64,000 nt of DNA from a virus (taxonomy: Duplodnaviria > Caudoviricetes), in the IMG/VR virus record IMGVR_UViG_3300030376_001752, positions 4,118 through 68,117 of that record; one strand, written 5' to 3'. Of this stretch, positions 43,582 to 51,246 are shown one piece after another. A program made the translations under genes and the position numbers. The notes below the pieces were generated by a model that saw only the letters and a program-made list of their open reading frames with translations, searched no databases and had not been told where the DNA came from. The first letter of the stretch is position 1, and each line of letters begins with the position of its first letter.

Positions 43582-43701
43582 TTAATTAGTTTTATTGTAT
43601 ATTTCTAACACTTGTTGTCTTTGATTTTTAGTTAATAAAAATGGAGACTTATTAAATAGTTGTTTAGAAATGATTATTAATTGAGTTTGATTGTATAACA
43701 T
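43582..43701 (-). CDS. 39-aa early peptide (not in ORF track)
   Basis: MLYNQTQLIIISKQLFNKSPFLLTKNQRQQVLEIYNKTN; ATG 5 nt after promoter copy 4. Confidence 0.5.
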   Translation of the reverse strand: MLYNQTQLIIISKQLFNKSPFLLTKNQRQQVLEIYNKTN

Positions 43702-43706
43702 ATATA

Positions 43707-43738
43707 TATTATCTATATTAATTCGTATTTATATTGTA
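43707..43738 (-). promoter_or_regulatory. Early promoter motif copy 4
   Basis: TACAATATAAATACGAA-TTAATATA-GATAATA. Confidence 0.8.
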
Positions 43739-43845
43739 ATTCTAACACGGACAAAATATCCATAGTGTTATATAAAAGATATAGAATATAAACATTAGAA
43801 ATATAAAGTTAATTACTATATCAGTTATTTTATTTTTGTTCTTGT

Positions 43846-43980
43846 TTACCATCCGCCAAATGTTATAGTTGGATTATTAAATGCTAAGTGATAAGAAATC
43901 ATTAGTATTCCTGATAGTGCTAAAGTTGCTAGCGAAATTAGTATTGCATTGATTGCAAAGTGTTGAAACTTTCTTTTCAT
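43846..43980 (-). CDS. 44-aa single-TM peptide (not in ORF track)
   Basis: MKRKFQHFAINAILISLATLALSGILMISYHLAFNNPTITFGGW. Confidence 0.55.
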   Translation of the reverse strand: MKRKFQHFAINAILISLATLALSGILMISYHLAFNNPTITFGGW

Positions 43981-44001
43981 AGTTATAAATTTAGATATTA
44001 G

Positions 44002-44042
44002 TTGTCACGAGTGGAATCGAACCACTATTAACCATTGTGACA
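44002..44042 (-). ncRNA. tRNA minihelix 2
   Basis: TGTCAC(A)-(9 nt)-AGTGG TTCGATT CCACT-(C)GTGACA-A, followed by CTAA. Confidence 0.6.
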
Positions 44043-44138
44043 TTTGCTTGTTCGCATTTTTTATAAGTCGCTAAACAACGCGCAACTACGACTTTAGCCA
44101 CCTCAGCCTAATCAGCACTTCAGCTGAGGTATTTTTGA

Positions 44139-44366
44139 CTACGCTTGTACTACTTCGCGTGCAATTACAGGAATGTTATTTGAAGCAGTATAAGATTTGT
44201 ATTTGATAAAACATGGCATAGTTTCAAGTTTTTCTTTCATAACTTCATACACTTTATCGTGATTGTAAGTGACAGTTTTGCCATTTTTGAAGTTAACAGT
44301 AATGTTTTGATTTTTGCCAATTAGTGATTTTCTTATTACAAATCTTTTTGAAATTAAATTGCTCAT
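44139..44366 (-). CDS. Hypothetical early protein
   Basis: 75 aa, downstream of promoter copy 5. Confidence 0.7.
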   Translation of the reverse strand: MSNLISKRFVIRKSLIGKNQNITVNFKNGKTVTYNHDKVYEVMKEKLETMPCFIKYKSYTASNNIPVIAREVVQA

Positions 44367-44413
44367 AGTAAATTGATTTTAGTTATTATTATTATTATTA
44401 TTTCTTATATTAT

Positions 44414-44445
44414 TATTATCTAATGTGTTTCGTATTTATGTTGTA
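44414..44445 (-). promoter_or_regulatory. Early promoter motif copy 5
   Basis: TACAACATAAATACGAA-ACACATTA-GATAATA. Confidence 0.8.
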
Positions 44446-44520
44446 AAAGTAGATAATTTGTTTATATTATATTTTTTAGTGTGTAGTATTGCGCACACTC
44501 TCACAATTTCTAAATATTTA

Positions 44521-44673
44521 TTATAATTTTTCAACAGTGAAATGAGTAATGTTTGAGAAATTAATATCAATGTCAATTAGGAATTGAAGTAATTCGTTGT
44601 CGATTATATTAGTCTCGTGAGTGAGATATAATGGGTCGTCGTCGCGGAAGTTAAATGTAAATTCGTAAGTCAT
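44521..44673 (-). CDS. 50-aa acidic early peptide (not in ORF track)
   Basis: MTYEFTFNFRDDDPLYLTHETNIIDNELLQFLIDIDINFSNITHFTVEKL; first ORF after promoter copy 6. Confidence 0.5.
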   Translation of the reverse strand: MTYEFTFNFRDDDPLYLTHETNIIDNELLQFLIDIDINFSNITHFTVEKL

Positions 44674-44695
44674 ATCGTTTTATTTAGTATATATA

Positions 44696-44727
44696 TATTA
44701 TCTAACGCCATTCGTATTTAGGTGGTA
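44696..44727 (-). promoter_or_regulatory. Early promoter motif copy 6
   Basis: TACCACCTAAATACGAA-TGGCGTTA-GATAATA. Confidence 0.75.
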
Positions 44728-44975
44728 AATGCTATACATTATTTATAACTGTATGTAGCATGGCGAAACGTAGATAATATTGTTGTGAACTGTATATAGT
44801 AATGCTATACATAACGGTTAGTTGTGTGTATGCTGAGCAGAGTAAACACCAAAACAATATGCAATATGCAGATAAACAGGCGGGGCTAGTCAATATATAT
44901 ATGACTTTGGATAATGGGCTATGTGGTGGGAGGGGAGGAGCAACACTGTACCTCTATATATCTAACGTGTTTTTT

Positions 44976-45023
44976 TATGACAATAGCCTATAAGTATATA
45001 CTTAGTAATAGGCTTGTGTCACA
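44976..45023 (+). promoter_or_regulatory. Palindromic element B (twin of 37246-37292)
   Basis: TATGACAATAGCCTATAAGTATATACTTAGTAATAGGCTTGTGTCACA. Confidence 0.7.
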
Positions 45024-45049
45024 CTTTACTTAAATTTACTTTTTACTAT

Positions 45050-45060
45050 GTAATTATATG
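45050..45060 (+). promoter_or_regulatory. Candidate middle/late promoter motif GTAATTATATG
   Basis: At the head of the rightward operon. Confidence 0.45.
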
Positions 45061-45063
45061 TGT

Positions 45064-45309
45064 ATGGCGATTAATTATAACAACAACTCACAAGGATTAT
45101 CAAGAAGAGCGTTACTCGCTAAGAGAAAACGTGATCTGCTCGCTGCTAAAACTACTAAACGTAAAAAACGTAAGAAAGAAAACCAAGCATACGGACAGAA
45201 CAGTACAACTGATTTACACCACACATCTAGTGGAACAATAGTGAGAACAACAATCGCTTTTAATAGAGCAACTCACACAAGAGGTGAAGTTGGAACCAAG
45301 AACGCGTAA
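45064..45309 (+). CDS. Small basic protein
   Basis: Lys/Arg-rich; first gene of the rightward operon. Confidence 0.55.
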   Translation: MAINYNNNSQGLSRRALLAKRKRDLLAAKTTKRKKRKKENQAYGQNSTTDLHHTSSGTIVRTTIAFNRATHTRGEVGTKNA

Positions 45310-45360
45310 GTACGATCCGCGAAACCAAAGCATCGTATATTTAACCTAAATACCAATATA

Positions 45361-45681
45361 ATGACGTATTTTTATTACAAGACTAATACGTGGAATAGTC
45401 AACCACAAATATCCGAAGAAACAATAAACCTTTGGAAACACCTCGCAGAAAAGAAAAACTGGAGGATTGTACAACTACCTAACGGTTTCTATCAGACAGA
45501 GTACAAGGACATTAATTGCCCGTGTAATCCTGAAGAAGATTCATGTTGCGAAAAGTGGCATGATGTAACAAGAAGAGAAACTATAGAGGGTGCCGAAGCT
45601 GCAATTGATGGTAGCATCGAACATTATCTTAAAAAAGTAGACTTCTTAAAAGGACCTAAAGTAGTTAAAACATTCAAATAA
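45361..45681 (+). CDS. Hypothetical protein
   Basis: 106 aa; Cys-rich insertion 'CPCNPEEDSCC'. Confidence 0.7.
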   Translation: MTYFYYKTNTWNSQPQISEETINLWKHLAEKKNWRIVQLPNGFYQTEYKDINCPCNPEEDSCCEKWHDVTRRETIEGAEAAIDGSIEHYLKKVDFLKGPKVVKTFK

Positions 45682-45711
45682 TCAAAGTTTAATTAAATTC
45701 AATCAAATATA

Positions 45712-47283
45712 ATGGAATTCAATCATCCGAGCGATATTGTCAAAGACTTAAATTTTGGCAATGACGCGAAAAGTAAGATAATTACAGGTGTAGATAAGCT
45801 AGCTAAAGCAGTTAGATCTACATTAGGTGCATCTGGTAAATGTGTTATTTACGAAGACGCTAGAGGAAAACCGGTTATAACAAAAGACGGAGTAACAGTA
45901 GCAGAATCTGTTGTCTTATATGACCCGGTTGAGAATATAGGTGCTACACTTATAAAAGAAGCGGCTAGAAATACAGTGAAAGAAGCAGGTGACGGTACCA
46001 CTACGGCTACTGTCCTTGCTGAATCACTACTAAAAACAGTAAATAACGAAAAATACAAAGATGAACCTATTAGAGAAGTCAAGGCAGGAATCACAACCGG
46101 TCTTGAAAAGATTAATAAATACCTTTCAGAACACGCCAAAACAATATCTGGCTCTCAGCTTACCAATGTGGCAACGATTTCATGTAATAATGATCAGGAA
46201 CTTGGTGGCATTATTGCGTCAGCTTACGAAAAGGTAGGTGAAGATGGTGTAGTTTTAATGGAAGAAAGTGAAAATGAGGTAACATATGCTGATATTGTGC
46301 AAGGAGTACAGTTAGAATGTGGTATGACATCATCTCATTTTGTAACAGATAAAGATAGACAAGTAGCAATACTGGAAAATCCATACGTTTTGATCGTAAC
46401 GTCACCAATTGCTAACTTAAGAAAGATACAACCTATACTAGAGCATGTTATAAAGAAGAACAGATCTCTATTAATTGTTGCTGGTGTTGAAGAACAAGTA
46501 AAATCAGCGCTATTAATGAACAAAGTAAAGGGTAATATCAAGGTAAACATAATAGATCCGCCAGGTTTTGGCCCTACAAAGGAAGATACGGTGCAAGATT
46601 TAGCATTATTAACCGGTGCAACTATTATGAATGAAGAGCTTGGAGATGATCTTGATCTGATCCGGCCAGATTGTTTGGGTGAAGTAGTCAAATCTGTAAC
46701 TGATAACAGAACTACAGTCCTAACAACTGGCTCTACAGGAGAAAATCTACAAGATAGACTAAAAGAAATAAGAAAAAAGATAAAAGATTCTAAAGATCCT
46801 TATATAACACGTAGATTACAGCAAAGATTAGCTATGTTAAACGGTGTTGTAGGTATAGTAAAGGTAGGAGCAACCTCAAAAGTTGAATTAAAAGAGAAAA
46901 AAGATAGAGTTGAGGATGCAATTTACGCTACAAAAGCGGCTTTACAAGAAGGAATCGTTCCCGGCGGCGGTATTGCACTGTTAAACGCAGCTTTAAATAC
47001 AAAAGAAGAAAATGTTGGTGAAAAAATACTATCAGAAGCTATAGTTTCACCATTTAGAACAATTTTAGAGAACGCTGGAATAGAAAATATAAAAATTCCG
47101 TCTAAAGACGGTTACGGTATTGATGTTACTACTGGAAAAGAGGTTGATATGATTAAACATGGTATAATCGACCCAGTTTTAGTTACAAAAACCGCGCTAA
47201 AGAATGCAGTTAGCGTAGTTTCAACAATAATTTCTGCAGATTGTGTAATTTCTAATATAAGAATAACCAATGCGAGCAATTAA
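45712..47283 (+). CDS. groEL: Chaperonin GroEL (phage-encoded)
   Basis: 'TKDGVTVA', 'AGDGTTTATVLA', 'EGIVPGGG', 'GIIDP'; lacks the GGM tail. Confidence 0.95.
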   Translation: MEFNHPSDIVKDLNFGNDAKSKIITGVDKLAKAVRSTLGASGKCVIYEDARGKPVITKDGVTVAESVVLYDPVENIGATLIKEAARNTVKEAGDGTTTATVLAESLLKTVNNEKYKDEPIREVKAGITTGLEKINKYLSEHAKTISGSQLTNVATISCNNDQELGGIIASAYEKVGEDGVVLMEESENEVTYADIVQGVQLECGMTSSHFVTDKDRQVAILENPYVLIVTSPIANLRKIQPILEHVIKKNRSLLIVAGVEEQVKSALLMNKVKGNIKVNIIDPPGFGPTKEDTVQDLALLTGATIMNEELGDDLDLIRPDCLGEVVKSVTDNRTTVLTTGSTGENLQDRLKEIRKKIKDSKDPYITRRLQQRLAMLNGVVGIVKVGATSKVELKEKKDRVEDAIYATKAALQEGIVPGGGIALLNAALNTKEENVGEKILSEAIVSPFRTILENAGIENIKIPSKDGYGIDVTTGKEVDMIKHGIIDPVLVTKTALKNAVSVVSTIISADCVISNIRITNASN

Positions 47284-47527
47284 TTATTATCTAGTAGTAG
47301 AAAAAATAAAACAAGAGCCTAAAAAAGTAGCTGGTCTTATAATATCTGACAAGATAGATGAAGACAATAGGTACTTAAAAGCTAAAATTATATCAACTGG
47401 TAATCTTGTAGAAGGTGTAATTGATGGTGATGTTATACATTATGATAGACATGCTGGTCATAACATTAATTGGAAAGAAAAGCTTTATACAGTTATAACA
47501 GCTAAAGATATAGTTTTAGTAGAATGA
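47270..47527 (+). CDS. groES: Co-chaperonin GroES
   Basis: 'KKVAGLIIS', 'GDVIHYDRHAG', 'DIVLVE'; overlaps the groEL end. Confidence 0.85.
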   Translation: MRAINYYLVVEKIKQEPKKVAGLIISDKIDEDNRYLKAKIISTGNLVEGVIDGDVIHYDRHAGHNINWKEKLYTVITAKDIVLVE

Positions 47528-47964
47528 GAGTAAGCGCTCAAGATTTACGTGAAATGAATTTATTTAAGTATTACAGGCTTGTCAGACGATGGGCTTGTAA
47601 AACTTATGGGTTAAAAGATGCTGATTTAGAACTTTTAGTCTATTTAGATTGCAAATCGCGATTTACACGTAATGATTTTATAGATGGTGTATATACATAC
47701 TCATGGGATAAAAACCGATGGGAAAGACTAAGAAGAGATGGTTGGATAGATGTATGGCGTCATAGAAACAGAACAACAATTAAATATAGTATATATAAGA
47801 CTTCATTCAAATGCAGTCAATTAATCTCTCGTATATACAGAATCTTATTAGGCGAAGAGGACCTTCCCACATCCGAAAGAAGTAAATTTTTTAAAAACAA
47901 ATCATACACAGATAAAGTTTATAACAAAGCTATAGATGATATGATTAAAGACAAAGATAGATAA
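47524..47964 (+). CDS. Putative winged-helix DNA-binding protein
   Basis: 'LKDADLELLVYL...WERLRRDGWIDV...YSIY' resembles a MarR-like wHTH. Confidence 0.5.
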   Translation: MRVSAQDLREMNLFKYYRLVRRWACKTYGLKDADLELLVYLDCKSRFTRNDFIDGVYTYSWDKNRWERLRRDGWIDVWRHRNRTTIKYSIYKTSFKCSQLISRIYRILLGEEDLPTSERSKFFKNKSYTDKVYNKAIDDMIKDKDR

Positions 47965-48332
47965 TGCCTAAATTTCCAAAAAACACAGGATATAAAATGA
48001 AACCGAAAAGAGGTGAGTTGTTTAATTACGACAGATCCGCTTTTGACGATGCACCTATAATAAAGAAAAAGCTAGAACAAGGTGTAAAAGCAGAAGCAAA
48101 TAAAGACGGTAGTATTTATGTAGATCCTTCAGTAGATTTAGCATCGAAGAAAGGTAAAAAAATAATTGAGCACGAAAAAGTACATTTAGATCAATTTGCT
48201 AGAGGCGACTTAGATTATGATGCTGAAACAGTTACTTGGAAGGGTGAAACAATAAATAGAAAAAATATTAAAGAAGGCGCTAAAAACCTACCATGGGAAA
48301 AAGAAGCCTACGATAAAACAGAAAACGCTTAA
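47964..48332 (+). CDS. Small zincin metallopeptidase-like protein
   Basis: 'IIEHEKVHLDQ' (HExxH) and downstream 'PWEKEAY'. Confidence 0.7.
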   Translation: MPKFPKNTGYKMKPKRGELFNYDRSAFDDAPIIKKKLEQGVKAEANKDGSIYVDPSVDLASKKGKKIIEHEKVHLDQFARGDLDYDAETVTWKGETINRKNIKEGAKNLPWEKEAYDKTENA

Positions 48333-48336
48333 AATT

Positions 48337-49389
48337 ATGGGAAAATCAATATACGAAAAAATAAAAGAAAGCCAAGGAGAATCGCCTGCTAAAATAAGCA
48401 GTATTCTTGTAGAGCAATCTAAAGGTATAGGTAAAAAGTTTGTTAATCACTCTAAAGCTTTAATGCAAGGTTATAATGAGACATTGGACGAAGATGGTGC
48501 TTCTTATGGAGAAGATCTTGCTAGCGATGGTAAAGACGATCCGTTTGATTCAGTTGTTGAATACTCATCTCCAGTTAAAAACGCAGCGGACGAAGCTGCT
48601 GCAGCAGTAGCCAACACTACAAGGGTAAAAAGAGAAGGTGAGTTTAAAAACGTAGATGGAGATGCTTTAGACGTATACGATATTACTACAACTACTCCAG
48701 GCGAGGTAGATGACTACGACGGATCTGGTGGTTATATGTCTGATGAAGATTGGACAAAGTTTTTAGAAACTGAACAAGGTCAAGAGTATACAAAGAAACA
48801 TAGTCCTCAAGAAGAAAAATCTGTAGAGATGAATGTTAGACCTGAAGAAAAAGTGGAAAAAGATCCAGATGAAAAAGCAGAGTACAATATGGGTTGGATG
48901 GAAAGCAGAAATGCAAAAAGAGCTCGTAGAGTACAACATAGAGATAATAAAAAGAAAACACGCCAAATGAACAGACTTATTAAAAAGTTTGAAAGAAAAG
49001 GCGGTAATAAGGATAGTGAGAACATGCCACCAGAGGTTAGAGCTGCTTACGCACATTTTACTAAAGATGGTGCTACAAGTAAGTTCGACACACCTATTGG
49101 AAGTACAACGGGTGTTAATAAGGAAGGTGAAACTAGGGTAACTAAAGGTAACGAGGCTGGGACTGAAGATGCTGTTACATTAGATGAAAAAGGTAATCCT
49201 GTAAATTACGGTTCACCAACTAAATTTGGTGCTGGATTCCTTGGTGTGGCTGGTAAAGCTCTTGCATCTCCTACAGGTAAAAAAGTATTAAAAGGTGCTG
49301 CTGGTGCGTTAGGACTTGGCGGTATCATGTATAAGCAACCGGGAAAAAGTCTACCGGCTAATTTTAAAGACTTTGGAAAAAGAAAATAA
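48337..49389 (+). CDS. Hypothetical low-complexity protein
   Basis: 350 aa; SPAK, SPVK and SPTK motifs. Confidence 0.65.
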   Translation: MGKSIYEKIKESQGESPAKISSILVEQSKGIGKKFVNHSKALMQGYNETLDEDGASYGEDLASDGKDDPFDSVVEYSSPVKNAADEAAAAVANTTRVKREGEFKNVDGDALDVYDITTTTPGEVDDYDGSGGYMSDEDWTKFLETEQGQEYTKKHSPQEEKSVEMNVRPEEKVEKDPDEKAEYNMGWMESRNAKRARRVQHRDNKKKTRQMNRLIKKFERKGGNKDSENMPPEVRAAYAHFTKDGATSKFDTPIGSTTGVNKEGETRVTKGNEAGTEDAVTLDEKGNPVNYGSPTKFGAGFLGVAGKALASPTGKKVLKGAAGALGLGGIMYKQPGKSLPANFKDFGKRK

Positions 49390-49413
49390 TAACAAATAAC
49401 AAAAACAAAAATC

Positions 49414-50034
49414 ATGGCATTTAAATGTAAAATTAACAAGGACAACTTTATGAGCAAGTTTCATAATGAAACTCCTTCTGTGGCTAAAATGATTCCTGAA
49501 CAGTATATACCAAAAGGAAACAATGACGCAAAAGATACAAAAACAACAGAATCATCAACACCTAAGAAAAAAACATCTTACGCTGAAGCTTATAAAAAGC
49601 GTGATATGAAAACTTATGGAGACTTAAGTTTAGATGAGTACACAGCTGAAGCTAAAAGACAAAACAAGTCTAAGAAAGAAACTGGTAAATGGGATGCTCC
49701 TAAAAAACCTATGAAAGGTAAAACTAAAGAAGAAGCTAAGGTTGAGAAAACTGAGGTAAAAGAGAAAGAAGTTACAACTGAAAACAACGCTTCTGAAGAT
49801 AAGCCGAAGTCAGAATTGATTAAAGAAAAGAACACGAAGAAGGTAGATGAAATCAATAAAAAAGGAGACGAGAGAGTTAAAAGAATAAAAGAAAGAAAAG
49901 CAAGACGAGAAGCTAGAAAACAAGGTCGTCAAGATCGTAGAGAAGCTAGAAGAAACAGAAGAGAAAAAGTTAGAAACGCTAGAAAAGGTGTTGAGACTAA
50001 AGAAGAAACTGTAGCTACTTATAAAAAGAAGTAA
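49414..50034 (+). CDS. Lys/Arg/Glu-rich hypothetical protein
   Basis: 206 aa, highly charged. Confidence 0.65.
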   Translation: MAFKCKINKDNFMSKFHNETPSVAKMIPEQYIPKGNNDAKDTKTTESSTPKKKTSYAEAYKKRDMKTYGDLSLDEYTAEAKRQNKSKKETGKWDAPKKPMKGKTKEEAKVEKTEVKEKEVTTENNASEDKPKSELIKEKNTKKVDEINKKGDERVKRIKERKARREARKQGRQDRREARRNRREKVRNARKGVETKEETVATYKKK

Positions 50035-50037
50035 AAA

Positions 50038-50490
50038 ATGTCTAAAAAGAAATTTTCTGAAACCAAAGTTGGTAAATTTTTGTCACAAGCTGCACCTAGT
50101 ATATTAGGTGTGGCTGGTGATATTTTACCAGACGCAGGTGTTCTAGGCATGGTAAAAAATCTAATACAAAAAGATGATGTTTTACCTCCAGAAGACAAAG
50201 AAAAAGCTTTAAAACTATTAGAGCAAGACATGGTAGAAATGCAAGAAGTTTCTAAGCGTTGGGATAGTGATATGAAGTCAGATTCTTGGCTTTCTAAAAA
50301 CACACGTCCGATGTCTTTAATATTTCTTACAATATCTATGGTTACTCTTATTTTATTAGACAGTTTTGAAATTAACTTTCATGTAGCTGAAGGTTGGGTT
50401 TCTCTTTTACAAACACTTTTAGTTACAGTTTATGTAGCTTATTTTGGTTCTCGAGGAGCTGAAAAATTCCAATCAATTAAAAATAAATAA
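50038..50490 (+). CDS. Holin (3TM/GTA-holin-like)
   Basis: 'SWLSKNTRP', hydrophobic helices, 'YFGSRGAEK'. Confidence 0.7.
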   Translation: MSKKKFSETKVGKFLSQAAPSILGVAGDILPDAGVLGMVKNLIQKDDVLPPEDKEKALKLLEQDMVEMQEVSKRWDSDMKSDSWLSKNTRPMSLIFLTISMVTLILLDSFEINFHVAEGWVSLLQTLLVTVYVAYFGSRGAEKFQSIKNK

Positions 50491-50495
50491 GTATA

Positions 50496-51230
50496 ATGGG
50501 TAGAATTAGTAATTTTCAATTAGACACAACGATTGAAAGTGGTGATAAGCTTTTAGGTTCTAATACAGATGGATCTACAAAAAACTTTTCACTAGCTGAT
50601 ATTGCTAAGTTTTTAAGTAATACTAACGCAAGTGGTATTGCTGGTTCTGTCCCATATAAATATAGCAACACTGGTCCAGCTACTGGTGAGATAAAAGTTG
50701 AGAATAGTGGATTAACATCGCTTGCATTTCCTACTGGAGATAATCAAGCTTTTTTAGTTAGCAAATTCCCAAATGGTCAAACCTCTAGAGACACTGTTGC
50801 TGTTTTAAATACCTTTGTTGGTAAAGATGTTATAATTAGCCAAATACAAGATCCTAATGTTTTTGCTGTATACAGAGTTGTTTCTGTAACGCAAGTTGGG
50901 TCTACAAGTACATATAGAGTTATAATGAACTATGTTAACGGTAATAATGACTCAAACAACAAGGGTTTATATAATAATGTATACTTTAATATAATACCTT
51001 ATGCTGGTGCGCAAGATAAAGATTATCAGCAAGACTTTGTAACAAATGATTTAGTTTCTGAAAATAGCGAATATTATTTAGTAGTAAATCACAATTTAAA
51101 TAAATTTCCTAATTTAACTGTAAAAGTAAGTACAGGACACGTGGTAGAAGTACCAATAAAACACATAACTAAAAATCAATCAAGAGTATATTTTAAGGGT
51201 TTAAATTCCGGCACAGTATACGCAAACTAA
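50496..51230 (+). CDS. Tail-associated structural protein
   Basis: 244 aa; 'VNHNLNKFPNLTV' motif seen at tail-fibre junctions. Confidence 0.55.
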   Translation: MGRISNFQLDTTIESGDKLLGSNTDGSTKNFSLADIAKFLSNTNASGIAGSVPYKYSNTGPATGEIKVENSGLTSLAFPTGDNQAFLVSKFPNGQTSRDTVAVLNTFVGKDVIISQIQDPNVFAVYRVVSVTQVGSTSTYRVIMNYVNGNNDSNNKGLYNNVYFNIIPYAGAQDKDYQQDFVTNDLVSENSEYYLVVNHNLNKFPNLTVKVSTGHVVEVPIKHITKNQSRVYFKGLNSGTVYAN

Positions 51231-51246
51231 TTAAAACTAACATAAA

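Noticed and set aside
39389-44727. Repeated 32-bp motif considered as a CRISPR or mini-array repeat
   Set aside because: Spacing is irregular (roughly 250-1600 bp) and whole genes lie between copies; the variable 8-nt core and position before start codons fit promoters.
44916-44940. G-quadruplex at the G-rich tract
   Set aside because: Only three runs of three or more G plus GG doublets; not enough for a confident call.
44802-45241. Track ORFs 44802-44993 and 45014-45241
   Set aside because: They overlap the regulatory gap and palindrome B, have atypical composition, and 45014 conflicts with the better-supported 45064 ORF.
45712-47527. groEL/groES as host contamination or a prophage boundary
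   Set aside because: Codon usage, gene overlaps and flanking genes are phage-like; no other bacterial housekeeping genes, integrase or att site seen.
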